The notes under the pieces: generated by a model | Told to the model about the DNA's origin: nothing | Database searches by the model: none | The model's input: the letters and a program-made list of their open reading frames with translations, nothing else | Translations under genes and position numbers: made by a program | DNA from: Ignicoccus hospitalis KIN4/I | GTDB taxonomy: Archaea; Thermoproteota; Thermoprotei_A; Sulfolobales; Ignicoccaceae | Assembly: GCF_000017945.1 (NCBI RefSeq) | Contig: NC_009776.1 | Location: 450,001 to 482,000, forward strand | Length of the DNA: 32,000 bases | Reading direction: 5' to 3' | Part shown: positions 7,134-15,542 of the stretch, in pieces | Position numbering within the stretch: position 1 is the stretch's first letter | How the letters are laid out: each line of letters opens with the position of its first letter

Positions 7134-10100
7134 TTGTACGCTTCCTACCGACGCTCGTGCCCCTCGTGCGGAGGGGAAATAGAGGACGTCAACTTGTCCT
7201 TGGGCTTGCCTTGCGACAAGTGCTTGAGGGTTGTGGGCTTAGAGAGCTTGAAGTTAGACCCTTCTAAGAAGGACTCGCCCTCCGTCCGGAGGAGGCTGAT
7301 AGAACTAGGGGGGCCCTTAGGGGAAAGCTTGAAGCTCGAAGAGGAGCTGGAGTCCTTGGAGAAGGTGTTCCAAGAAGTCTTGGGAGCCCCCATGTGGAGC
7401 GCCCAGAGGGCTTGGGCCCTGAGGGCCCTGAGGGGGGAGAGCTTCTCCATAGTGGCCCCGACGGGCATGGGCAAGAGCACCTTGGGTGCGCTCCTTTCTG
7501 TGTATCTGAGCCACAAAAAGAAGAAGAAGAGCTACATTATAGTCCCCACCACGCCGCTCGTAGATATGATGTTCAGAAAGGTCTCCGCCTTCGCGGAGGC
7601 CTTCGGCGTCCGGGCGGTTTACTTCCACTCCAAGATGTCGCCCTCTCAGAGGAAGGAAATGAAGGAGAGGCTCCTCTCTGGGGACTTCGACGTACTCATT
7701 ACTACCTCCAGATTTCTAATAAATAATTTAGACTTACTGAAGAATTACGAGTTCGGATTCGTCTTCGTCGACGACGTCGATTCAGTCTTGAAGAGTCCCA
7801 AAAACGTGGACAGGATATTAATGGTGTTAGGCCTCCAAGAGTCAGACGTCAAAAGGCTGGAGGAGGTAGACAAGGAGCTCTCTAGGAAAGCACAAGTGTT
7901 AACGAAGCTTCAAGATTTGCAGAAGAGATACCAACTCTTAAAGGAGATGAGAGAGCTAGAGGAAGAATTGGAAGATTTGAAGAGGAAAGTTAAGGGGAAC
8001 TTGATAGTAAGCTCTGCTACGGGGAGAGCGAAAGGGAATAGGGTAAGGCTCTTCACGCGCTTGTTGGGCTTCACCCCGGGCGGCGTCGGAGAAGGGGTAA
8101 GGAACGTGGTCGACTCCTACTCCCGCTCCTCGGACGTCGTGGAAGTGGTCAAGAAGCTGGGCAAGGGAGGGCTGGTCTTCGTCCCCGCCGACTTGGGAGC
8201 CAAGGGAGCCGAGGAAGTCGCGGAGGCCTTGAGGGCCGCCGGGGTTGCAGCTGAGGTCGCGACCTCGGAGAGGATCGGCGTCATTAAGGACTTTGAGGAA
8301 GGGAGGGTTGAAGTCTTGGTGGGCGTGGCCACCCACTACGGGGTGTTGGTGAGGGGCATAGACTTGCCCCACGTGGTGCGCTACGCCGTCTTCGTAGGCG
8401 TGCCCCGGTTCAAGTTCAAGCTGAAGCTGGAAGAGCCCTCGCCCATGACCATTTATAGGCTCTGCTCGTTGGCGGCCAGGTTCTTCGAGGAGTGTGCCTC
8501 CCTCTACGCCAAGCTGCGCAAGTGGGTCCAGAGGCTGGGGCCCGCGGGGCTTCAAAGCGTAGAGGAGGCCTTGAAGGAGGGAAGCGCCTCCACCCCGGCC
8601 TCTAAGGACTTCATGGAAGCTTATACCAAACTGAAAGAGATAATAGAAAAAACGGATTTCATTGAAAAACTCAAGGAGTCCGGCGAAGTGGACGTGGTAG
8701 CGGAGGACTCTCTGTACGTCTTGATTCCCGACGCCGCCACCTACTTACAAGCCTCCGGGAGGACGTCCAGGCTTTACGCGGGAGGCGTCACCAAGGGCTT
8801 GTCCGTAGTACTGGTGGACTCGGAGCCCCTCTTCAGAGGCCTCAAGAAGAGGTTGGCGTGGGTGGTGGAGGAGTGGAAGGAGTTCGAGTCCTTGAACTTG
8901 AGTGAGCTGCTCAAGGAGATAGACGAGGATAGGAAGAAGGTCTTAAAGGTCATCAGGGGGGAGCTAAAGGTTGAAGAAGTTCGAGACCTCATGAAGACCG
9001 TACTAATGATAGTTGAGTCGCCCAACAAAGCTAGGACGATAACGAGCTTCTTCGGGCGCCCCAGCGTGAGACAAGTGAAGGGCGTGAAGGTTTACGAGGT
9101 CACCTTGGGGGACAAGCTCTTGTACGTGGCCGCCAGCGGAGGCCACGTGTACGACCTAGTCGAAGAGGCCGACCCTTGTAACGAGGAGCCTTGCATGCTC
9201 TTCGGCATAAGGGTAAAGGACGTGCCGGAGGAGGTGCTGAGCTCCATAAAGCGGTGCGCCGTGTGCGGCCACCAGTTCTCGGGGGACGTGAAGGAGTGCC
9301 CGAGGTGCGGCTCGCCCTTCATAAAGGACGCCAAGGACGTGGTGGACGGGTTAAGGGAGCTCGCCCAAGAAGTGGACGAGGTCCTAATCGGCACGGACCC
9401 CGACACGGAGGGGGAGAAGATAGGCTGGGACTTGAAGAACCTAATATCCCCGTTCGCGAAGAAGATAAGGAGGGCCGAGTTCCACGAAATAACGAAGAAG
9501 GCAATATTGAAAGCGTTGGAGAACCCAAGGGACTTCGACATGGGGTACGTTTGGTCCCAGATGGTCCGGAGGGCCGAGGACAGGCTGACAGGCTTCACCT
9601 TGAGCCCGAAGCTCTGGTTCGAACTGTGGCCGCAGCTGTGCGAGGTCTCCAAAGAAATGAAGAAGAAGCTGCTCGGGTGTCCGCTCACTAGGAACTTGTC
9701 CGCCGGAAGGGTCCAGACCCCCGTCCTCGGGTGGGTAATACAGAGGTACGAGGAATACGCCAAGTCCAAGAAGAAGTTCTACATAATAAGGTTCGACGGA
9801 CGCGAGCTCGAGTTCTCCGAGGACGAGTTGAGAGGCTTCTCCAAAAAGCTCGCAATAGACGGGAAGGTCAAAATACTCAAGGTAGAGGAGGAGGTAGAGG
9901 AGCTCAAGCCCTTGCCCCCCTACACCACAGACACCATGCTCGAGGACGCCTCCAAGCTGGGGCTGGACCCCTCGAGAGCTATGAGGGTAGCCCAAGACTT
10001 GTTCGAGATGGGGTTCATAACTTACCACAGGACGGACTCCACCAGGGTGTCGGACGCGGGCATAGCGGTGGCGAGGGAGTGGATAACCTCCAAGTTCGAG

Positions 10101-10913
10101 GGCTTGTTCGCGCCCAGGAGGTGGGGGGAGGGAGGGGCCCACGAGGCGATAAGGCCCACGAGGCCGCTGAGCGCGGAGGACCTCAAGAGGTTAATAGAGG
10201 AGGGCATGATAACGCCCCCTAGGGAGCTCAGCAAGCAACACTTCATGTTGTACGACATGATATTTAGGAGGTTTATGGCAAGCCAGATGAAGGAGGCGAA
10301 GGTTAAGAAAGCGGTGTACGAAATAACGGTTGAGGAGGGAGGTGCGGTAGTAGGCAAGAAGGTTTTGGAGAAATACGTAGAAAGGGTGTTCGACGGCTTC
10401 CTCTTAGTATACCCTATAGTCAAGATAGAGAGCCTCCCCGAGGGGGAGTACGAGGTTAAGGAGGTTAGGGCCGTCTCCCGCCACACGGTGCCCTTGTACA
10501 CCCAAGCCGACCTCATAAGGCTCATGAAGGAGAGGGGGCTCGGCAGGCCGAGCACCTACGCGAAGATAGTTAGTACCTTGCTCGAGAGGAGGTACGTAAC
10601 TCTGAGCAAGGTGGGCAAGAAACTCGTCCCCACGGTTAGGGGCTACGCTGTGTACTCGTACCTCACCGGGAAGGTAGTGGGCGCCGGCTGGGTTAGGAAG
10701 GCGCTGGAGGTCATCATAAATCCCGAGGGCAAGTCTAAGTACTTCCAAAAGCTGGTGGAAGAAGAGGCCACTAGGAGGTTGGAGAAGGTCATGGACGAGA
10801 TAGCGGAGAAGAAGGACGAGAAGATGTATATTAACGTACTCAAGGATATCATAGAGGAGACCAAGGTTATTCCTTTCCTAAGCGACAAGGGCGCTCAGCC
10901 CAGCCTCCGGTAG
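7134..10913 (+). CDS. rgy: reverse gyrase (SF2 helicase domain fused to type IA topoisomerase)
   Basis: N-terminal Zn finger CPSCGG...CDKC, Walker A APTGMGKST, DDVD box, Toprim IVESPNKARTI, second Zn finger CAVCGH...CPRCG, DPDTEGE, and active-site tyrosine context ITYHRTDS. 1259 aa. Confidence 0.95.
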   Translation: MYASYRRSCPSCGGEIEDVNLSLGLPCDKCLRVVGLESLKLDPSKKDSPSVRRRLIELGGPLGESLKLEEELESLEKVFQEVLGAPMWSAQRAWALRALRGESFSIVAPTGMGKSTLGALLSVYLSHKKKKKSYIIVPTTPLVDMMFRKVSAFAEAFGVRAVYFHSKMSPSQRKEMKERLLSGDFDVLITTSRFLINNLDLLKNYEFGFVFVDDVDSVLKSPKNVDRILMVLGLQESDVKRLEEVDKELSRKAQVLTKLQDLQKRYQLLKEMRELEEELEDLKRKVKGNLIVSSATGRAKGNRVRLFTRLLGFTPGGVGEGVRNVVDSYSRSSDVVEVVKKLGKGGLVFVPADLGAKGAEEVAEALRAAGVAAEVATSERIGVIKDFEEGRVEVLVGVATHYGVLVRGIDLPHVVRYAVFVGVPRFKFKLKLEEPSPMTIYRLCSLAARFFEECASLYAKLRKWVQRLGPAGLQSVEEALKEGSASTPASKDFMEAYTKLKEIIEKTDFIEKLKESGEVDVVAEDSLYVLIPDAATYLQASGRTSRLYAGGVTKGLSVVLVDSEPLFRGLKKRLAWVVEEWKEFESLNLSELLKEIDEDRKKVLKVIRGELKVEEVRDLMKTVLMIVESPNKARTITSFFGRPSVRQVKGVKVYEVTLGDKLLYVAASGGHVYDLVEEADPCNEEPCMLFGIRVKDVPEEVLSSIKRCAVCGHQFSGDVKECPRCGSPFIKDAKDVVDGLRELAQEVDEVLIGTDPDTEGEKIGWDLKNLISPFAKKIRRAEFHEITKKAILKALENPRDFDMGYVWSQMVRRAEDRLTGFTLSPKLWFELWPQLCEVSKEMKKKLLGCPLTRNLSAGRVQTPVLGWVIQRYEEYAKSKKKFYIIRFDGRELEFSEDELRGFSKKLAIDGKVKILKVEEEVEELKPLPPYTTDTMLEDASKLGLDPSRAMRVAQDLFEMGFITYHRTDSTRVSDAGIAVAREWITSKFEGLFAPRRWGEGGAHEAIRPTRPLSAEDLKRLIEEGMITPPRELSKQHFMLYDMIFRRFMASQMKEAKVKKAVYEITVEEGGAVVGKKVLEKYVERVFDGFLLVYPIVKIESLPEGEYEVKEVRAVSRHTVPLYTQADLIRLMKERGLGRPSTYAKIVSTLLERRYVTLSKVGKKLVPTVRGYAVYSYLTGKVVGAGWVRKALEVIINPEGKSKYFQKLVEEEATRRLEKVMDEIAEKKDEKMYINVLKDIIEETKVIPFLSDKGAQPSLR

Positions 10914-13777
10914 ACCTCTTCCAACACCTTCAAGTAGTCTTCGTCCTCCTCCAGTTTGATTCCGAGCTTGTCCGCCATCAGCTTCAGCGAGGACTCGCTG
11001 TTCAACTTCCTCCTCACCAGCGTGTATAAGTTCGTTACCAGCCCCCTGGTCGCGGCGGCCAAGTAGCTCTTGTAGACCAGCGGGTGGTCCTTGAGCGTCG
11101 CCTCGAGCTTCCTCTCCGGCATGTAAGTTACCGCCCTCCCGCTCGTGAACACGTCCACCAAAACTAACAAGTCCTTCGGGTTTGTAAACTTCTTCTTCAC
11201 TACGTTATTTCCTTTCTTTACCATTATAACGTCGTCAAATATCAAGAAGTAGTTGGCCTCCTTAGGTTTAGCCTCCATCTCCTTGATTGCCTCCAAGCCC
11301 TCGAACGCCTTCCCTCCCATCTCGGAAGTTAAGAAGGAAGCCAGCTCCTTGAGCTCGTTCCACCCCTCCTTCTTCAAGAACTCGCTTACCGAGTAGGGGT
11401 CCACCATTAAGGCCACCACTTCTGTGAGCTTGTCGTGTTTGTGGGACCTCACCTCCTCGCTCACGGCGTTCCAGTCCAAAGACTTCAAGAGGCCCGAGGC
11501 CTCCCTCTCCCACACCACCACCTCCTTAAAGCGGCCTTTCTTCAAGCTGTATGCTATTTCTGTGATGTCTATTGATTCTCTCACCCTCAAGACGGCGAGG
11601 GCATAGGCCAAGGCCGCGTAAACTTCCACTTCCTCCCAGTTGTCGCTTATCGGGTAGGCGTAGCCGTAAGTGTAGTCCTCGTACTCCCCGTAGACCCGCA
11701 CGTCCAGCGCCACCTCTTCCCGCTCGTAAACCGGGACGTAGCCCTTGCCCACCTTCTTCAAGTCCGCTTTGACCGACTCTATTATCCACTTCACGTGCAA
11801 GGGCTCCTCTGTCAGCTTGCCGAAGCCCCCCTCCGGGGGCCTCACCAACAGCTCAACCTTAGAGGTCAGCTTGCCGAACTTGTAGTCCTTTTCCGGCGTG
11901 GTCCACGTCTCACCCCACTTGGACTTTATCGTGTGGTACTGTTGGACGGCCTCGAAGGCCCAGCGGTAGCGCTTGACGGCGTCGCCCAAGGGCATTTCCA
12001 ATATCCCCTTTTCGTCCACCTCCACGACCACGGCGTCGGAGGAGTAGTCGAACGAGCCCGGCTGGAACCTCTCCACCAAGTCCCTCCTCCCCACCGGCTC
12101 GAGCCTCTCCTCCGAGCCTCCCCTCAGAACCCTCCTCGGCACCCCGTACGGGGGGCCGTACTCGTAGAAGCCCAAGTTCCTCCAGACCCTCTTGCCCTCG
12201 GGGGTCAGCCTCCCTCCTTCGTAGAGGCCTAAGGACTTCAACACCCTCTCCTCGTCCTCCCTCATTATTTGTCCGGCGACCGCCTTCCACAGGCCGGTGA
12301 ACATCTTCACCCACTCGTTGGTGGTATCTACGTAGAGCTTCTCCAAATCCATCTTTGCCCATTCCAACAGCGTGGAGGTCCCGTACTTCAACATCTTCTT
12401 GTCCCACTGGCGGAAGGGCAGAATTACGGTCTCCGTGAAGGCTATGTCGCCACGTCTCCCCTTCCTACCCTCCCTCTGTTTGAACTCCCTTACGGTGTCG
12501 GGCAAGCCCACGTGAACTACCCTAACTACGTGGCCTATGTCTATTCCTTGGGCTAGGGTCTTAGGGGATATTATTACCTTCAACTTGCCCTCTCTGGCCA
12601 TTTCCTCTATCTTGCTCCTCCTTTCTTTAGAGACCATGTAGTGGTGGGTAGCCACTTTGTCTTGTAGGTTCGGGGGGAGCCTGTGCTTGACCTCGCTCGC
12701 GAGCTTCTCCGCTTGCCTTATGCTGGGCACGAACACTAAGGTTAACCCTTCCCCCTCACACGTGACGTAGGAAGAAATTATCTCGGCGAAGTCCATCGAA
12801 GGGGAGGGGACCCTTACTCCCTTACTCCTCAACACTTCTACTATAGTAAACACGTTTTCCTTGAATACGTCGTAATCGGTCAAGGCCTCCGCAAGCTGCG
12901 GGACCTTGGAGATTACCTCCTCCCTCCTCGCCTTTATCCTCTCCCACAGCTTCTTCAAGTCCTTCGATATGACTAGGTACCCTCTGTTCTCAACCTTGAA
13001 CGGCTTCCCGGTGACTACCACGCTCTCCCTCCCCGTAACGTCCTCCAAGAGCTTCGCCACTTGCTCCGCGTTGCCCAAGGTGGCAGTTAACAAGACCACT
13101 TGTGGGGGCTTCTCGGCGTAGGAGGAGATTACCTCTATCATGCCCAATATCGCCGAGGTCCCGTGGGAGCCATAGAAGTCGAGCTCGTCGAAGACCAGTA
13201 GGTCAACTTTGAACAAGAACTCCCTTAAGTACCCCCTTCCCTCCGCAATCCTCTTCAAGTCTTGCATTAAGAAGGCCGGGTTGGTAGCGACTATCTTGGC
13301 GGAGCTCAAGTCGCCCAGCCTCTTGACCGTGGTAGAGTCGACCTTCACTACCGCCTCCGGCACTCCCAAGTCCTCGAAGTACTCCTTGAGCCTCCTCAGC
13401 TGGTCGGAGGAGAGCGCCAGGGTAGGGTAGACCGCTAAGGCCCTCATACCCCCGCGCACCGCGGCGAGCGCCCAAGCCTCGGTCTTGCCGGAGCCCGTGC
13501 CCGCCACCAAGATTACGTTCTTGCCCTTCTCGAGGGCCTCCACGGTCTCCACTTGGTGCTTGTAAGCGTACACCCCCTCGAGCCTCTTCAGCCCCGGCAC
13601 CAGCTCGTCGAACCTGACGCCGCTGAGCTCGGGCTCGCTCGGGGGCTCTCGGTAAGACTCGAAGTCGTAGCCCATTGACCTCAGCAGCTCTCCGCTGTCG
13701 CAAGGCTTGAGCATTTCACTTGCTCCTAACGCCCCCACGAGTCGGAAACTTAAGTTGGGAGCGTTGGAGTTGCTCAA
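10895..13777 (-). CDS. large SF2 (DEAD/DEAH-like) helicase with about 500-aa uncharacterised C-terminal region
   Basis: Motif I AGTGSGKTEA, Ia VYPTLALSSDQ, II FDELDF, III LTATLG, VI QREGRKGRRG. An alternative start at ATG 13714 (MLKPCDSGELL) would leave room for a divergent promoter (CTTAAGTTT at about 13749-13757). The 3' end overlaps rgy by 19 nt. Confidence 0.85.
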   Translation of the reverse strand: MSNSNAPNLSFRLVGALGASEMLKPCDSGELLRSMGYDFESYREPPSEPELSGVRFDELVPGLKRLEGVYAYKHQVETVEALEKGKNVILVAGTGSGKTEAWALAAVRGGMRALAVYPTLALSSDQLRRLKEYFEDLGVPEAVVKVDSTTVKRLGDLSSAKIVATNPAFLMQDLKRIAEGRGYLREFLFKVDLLVFDELDFYGSHGTSAILGMIEVISSYAEKPPQVVLLTATLGNAEQVAKLLEDVTGRESVVVTGKPFKVENRGYLVISKDLKKLWERIKARREEVISKVPQLAEALTDYDVFKENVFTIVEVLRSKGVRVPSPSMDFAEIISSYVTCEGEGLTLVFVPSIRQAEKLASEVKHRLPPNLQDKVATHHYMVSKERRSKIEEMAREGKLKVIISPKTLAQGIDIGHVVRVVHVGLPDTVREFKQREGRKGRRGDIAFTETVILPFRQWDKKMLKYGTSTLLEWAKMDLEKLYVDTTNEWVKMFTGLWKAVAGQIMREDEERVLKSLGLYEGGRLTPEGKRVWRNLGFYEYGPPYGVPRRVLRGGSEERLEPVGRRDLVERFQPGSFDYSSDAVVVEVDEKGILEMPLGDAVKRYRWAFEAVQQYHTIKSKWGETWTTPEKDYKFGKLTSKVELLVRPPEGGFGKLTEEPLHVKWIIESVKADLKKVGKGYVPVYEREEVALDVRVYGEYEDYTYGYAYPISDNWEEVEVYAALAYALAVLRVRESIDITEIAYSLKKGRFKEVVVWEREASGLLKSLDWNAVSEEVRSHKHDKLTEVVALMVDPYSVSEFLKKEGWNELKELASFLTSEMGGKAFEGLEAIKEMEAKPKEANYFLIFDDVIMVKKGNNVVKKKFTNPKDLLVLVDVFTSGRAVTYMPERKLEATLKDHPLVYKSYLAAATRGLVTNLYTLVRRKLNSESSLKLMADKLGIKLEEDEDYLKVLEEVYRRLG

Positions 13778-13988
13778 GGAGCTCTGCGAGGACCCGTGCT
13801 ACCGGGAGCTGGAGGAGTGCGAGTACTTGGAGGAGCTCGAGGCCGAGCCCCACCCCCACTTGGCCCGCAAGGCGGTCGTGGAGCTCTTGCACTCCGCGGC
13901 GGAGAGGGGCTGTGACCCCTCCCGCGCCCTAGGCCTCTTGATTAAGCTCTTCGAAGGGGGAGTGGGGGAAGGGCCTTGGAGGTCTTAA
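13707..13988 (+). CDS. possible small Cys-containing acidic protein (70-93 aa), function unknown
   Basis: An open frame fills the otherwise roughly 200-nt helicase/mtnA gap. In-frame TTG options at 13755, 13764 and 13770 avoid overlap with the helicase N-terminus. The E/L-rich sequence LKELCEDPCYRELEECEY... looks protein-like. The end overlaps the mtnA start by 13 nt. No homology recognised. Confidence 0.3.
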   Translation: MSISLAPNAPTSRKLKLGALELLKELCEDPCYRELEECEYLEELEAEPHPHLARKAVVELLHSAAERGCDPSRALGLLIKLFEGGVGEGPWRS

Positions 13989-15031
13989 AGCCGGTCGACC
14001 TAGTGGGCGATAAGGTAGTGTGGCTGGACACGAGGTACATACCTTGGAAGGAGGTCTGGAAGGAGACTACCGATTACAAGGAGGTGGCCAGGGCCATAAA
14101 GGACATGGAGGTTAGGGGGGCCCCGGCGATAGGGGTAGCGGCTGCCTTCGGGATGGCGCTGGCGGCCTTGCACTACGAAGGGGAGGACGTGGAGGGCCTG
14201 TTGAGGCGTTTGAGGGAGGCTAAGGAAGTCCTCGCGAACACCAGGCCGACCGCGGTGAACTTGTTCTGGGCCCTAGAAAGGGTCATGAAGAGGGCCGAAG
14301 AGGCCACGAGGTCCGGCTCGGCGGAGGCGGTGAGAGAGGCCGTGGTCGAGGAGGCCAGAAAGATCCAACAAGAGGACATAGAGTCCAACGTGAAGATGGG
14401 CAAGATCGGGGCCAAGCTGATAGAGGACGGGGACGTGGTGCTGACCCACTGCAACACCGGGAGTTTAGCGACCGCGGGCTACGGGACCGCCTTGGGCGTG
14501 ATAAGGGCCGCGTGGGAGGAGGGGAAGAGGATAGAAGTGATAGCCACCGAAACCAGGCCGCTGGACCAAGGGGCGAGGCTGACGGTGTGGGAGCTCAAGA
14601 GGGACGGAATCCCAGTGAAGCTCATAGCAGACACTATGGTAGGATACTTAATGAGCAAAGGTAAGGTAGACAAAGTGTTCTTGGGGGCCGACAGGATACT
14701 CCTCAGCGGCCACTTCGCCAACAAGATAGGCACGTACCAAATAGCGGTCTTGGCCAAACACCACGGGGTCCCCTTCTACGTGGTGGCCCCGACGTCCACA
14801 GTGGACCCCAAGATAACCTTAGACGAGCTCGTCATAGAAGAGAGGGACCCAGACGAAGTTAGGCGCTGCCCCTACCCCTTCGAGAAGGTGTACGTAACCG
14901 TGAGGGACGTAGAGGTTTACAACCCGGCCTTCGACGTCACCCCGCCGGAGCTGGTAACTGCCATAATAACGGAAAGGGGGATCGCTTACCCGCCGTTCTA
15001 CGTGAGCTTGAAAAAGCTATTGGAAGGCTAA
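13976..15031 (+). CDS. mtnA: S-methyl-5-thioribose-1-phosphate isomerase family (MtnA / aIF-2BI type)
   Basis: VRGAPAIGVAAAFG, THCNTGSLATAGYGTALGVI and LGADRI are hallmark motifs of the eIF-2B-related sugar-phosphate isomerases. The N-terminal VVWLDTRYIPW matches the MtnA subtype. Confidence 0.85.
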   Translation: MEVLKPVDLVGDKVVWLDTRYIPWKEVWKETTDYKEVARAIKDMEVRGAPAIGVAAAFGMALAALHYEGEDVEGLLRRLREAKEVLANTRPTAVNLFWALERVMKRAEEATRSGSAEAVREAVVEEARKIQQEDIESNVKMGKIGAKLIEDGDVVLTHCNTGSLATAGYGTALGVIRAAWEEGKRIEVIATETRPLDQGARLTVWELKRDGIPVKLIADTMVGYLMSKGKVDKVFLGADRILLSGHFANKIGTYQIAVLAKHHGVPFYVVAPTSTVDPKITLDELVIEERDPDEVRRCPYPFEKVYVTVRDVEVYNPAFDVTPPELVTAIITERGIAYPPFYVSLKKLLEG

Positions 15032-15483
15032 CCGCACCTCTCGCCGACGACCGTAAGCTCGAAGGTTTTCTCGTGAACCATACCGTTCAGCGTGTAGGCC
15101 ACCCTCACTACCGCTTGGTGGGCCCCGGGGGCGGAGGGCGAGAAGTAGAGGTTGACCTCCAAGCTTTGTCCGGGCGCCAGCGTAGTCACCAGCGGCAAGG
15201 TGGCGGGCTTGCCGTCCACCACAGCAGCCACCGTGGCGTTGCTGACTTTCACGTCGATCGTTACTGTCGCCGGCGGGTTGGTGGCGGGGTTGAAGGCCCT
15301 TAACTTCAGCTTGGCGACGCTGTTCACACAAGCCTTTAACGTCGTGTTACCCTCGAGCTCCACGTTCAGTTTGGGAGCAACCGAAGGTGCGCCGAAGAAC
15401 ATGAAGTACGCTAATACCGCTAAGGCGAGCAAGGCTATTCCCGCCAAGCCGAGCAGCTCCGCTTGCCCCTTTCTCGAGACCAT
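15028..15483 (-). CDS. membrane-anchored or pilin-like protein with Ig/CARDB-like beta domain
   Basis: MVSRKGQAELLGLAGIALLALAVLAYFMFF is a short basic N-terminus, KG, then one hydrophobic helix, resembling a class III / type IV pilin-like signal. The rest is beta-rich with T/V/A and two sequons (NTT, NAT). Confidence 0.6.
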   Translation of the reverse strand: MVSRKGQAELLGLAGIALLALAVLAYFMFFGAPSVAPKLNVELEGNTTLKACVNSVAKLKLRAFNPATNPPATVTIDVKVSNATVAAVVDGKPATLPLVTTLAPGQSLEVNLYFSPSAPGAHQAVVRVAYTLNGMVHEKTFELTVVGERCG

Positions 15484-15542
15484 GCTCTCTCCGTTAAAGC
15501 GACCTCGGGTAAACCAATAAGCTTTGGTATCACCAAGTCGGA

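Noticed and set aside
7508-7530. A/G-rich run CACAAAAAGAAGAAGAAGAGC (Lys5) in rgy, considered as a slippery or frameshift site
   Set aside because: The reading frame continues without interruption through conserved helicase motifs on both sides. It simply encodes HKKKKKS.
9092-10555. Several 160-230-aa ORFs on both strands within reverse gyrase (9092..9769, 9441..10142, 9731..10222, 10022..10555)
   Set aside because: The region is fully explained by the continuous topoisomerase domain of rgy. The alternates have S-rich or G/R-rich shadow composition.
11268-13703. Multiple 60-166-aa ORFs in alternate frames of the helicase gene
   Set aside because: Their G/R/P-rich composition gives them away, and the helicase motifs run uninterrupted in the 960-aa frame.
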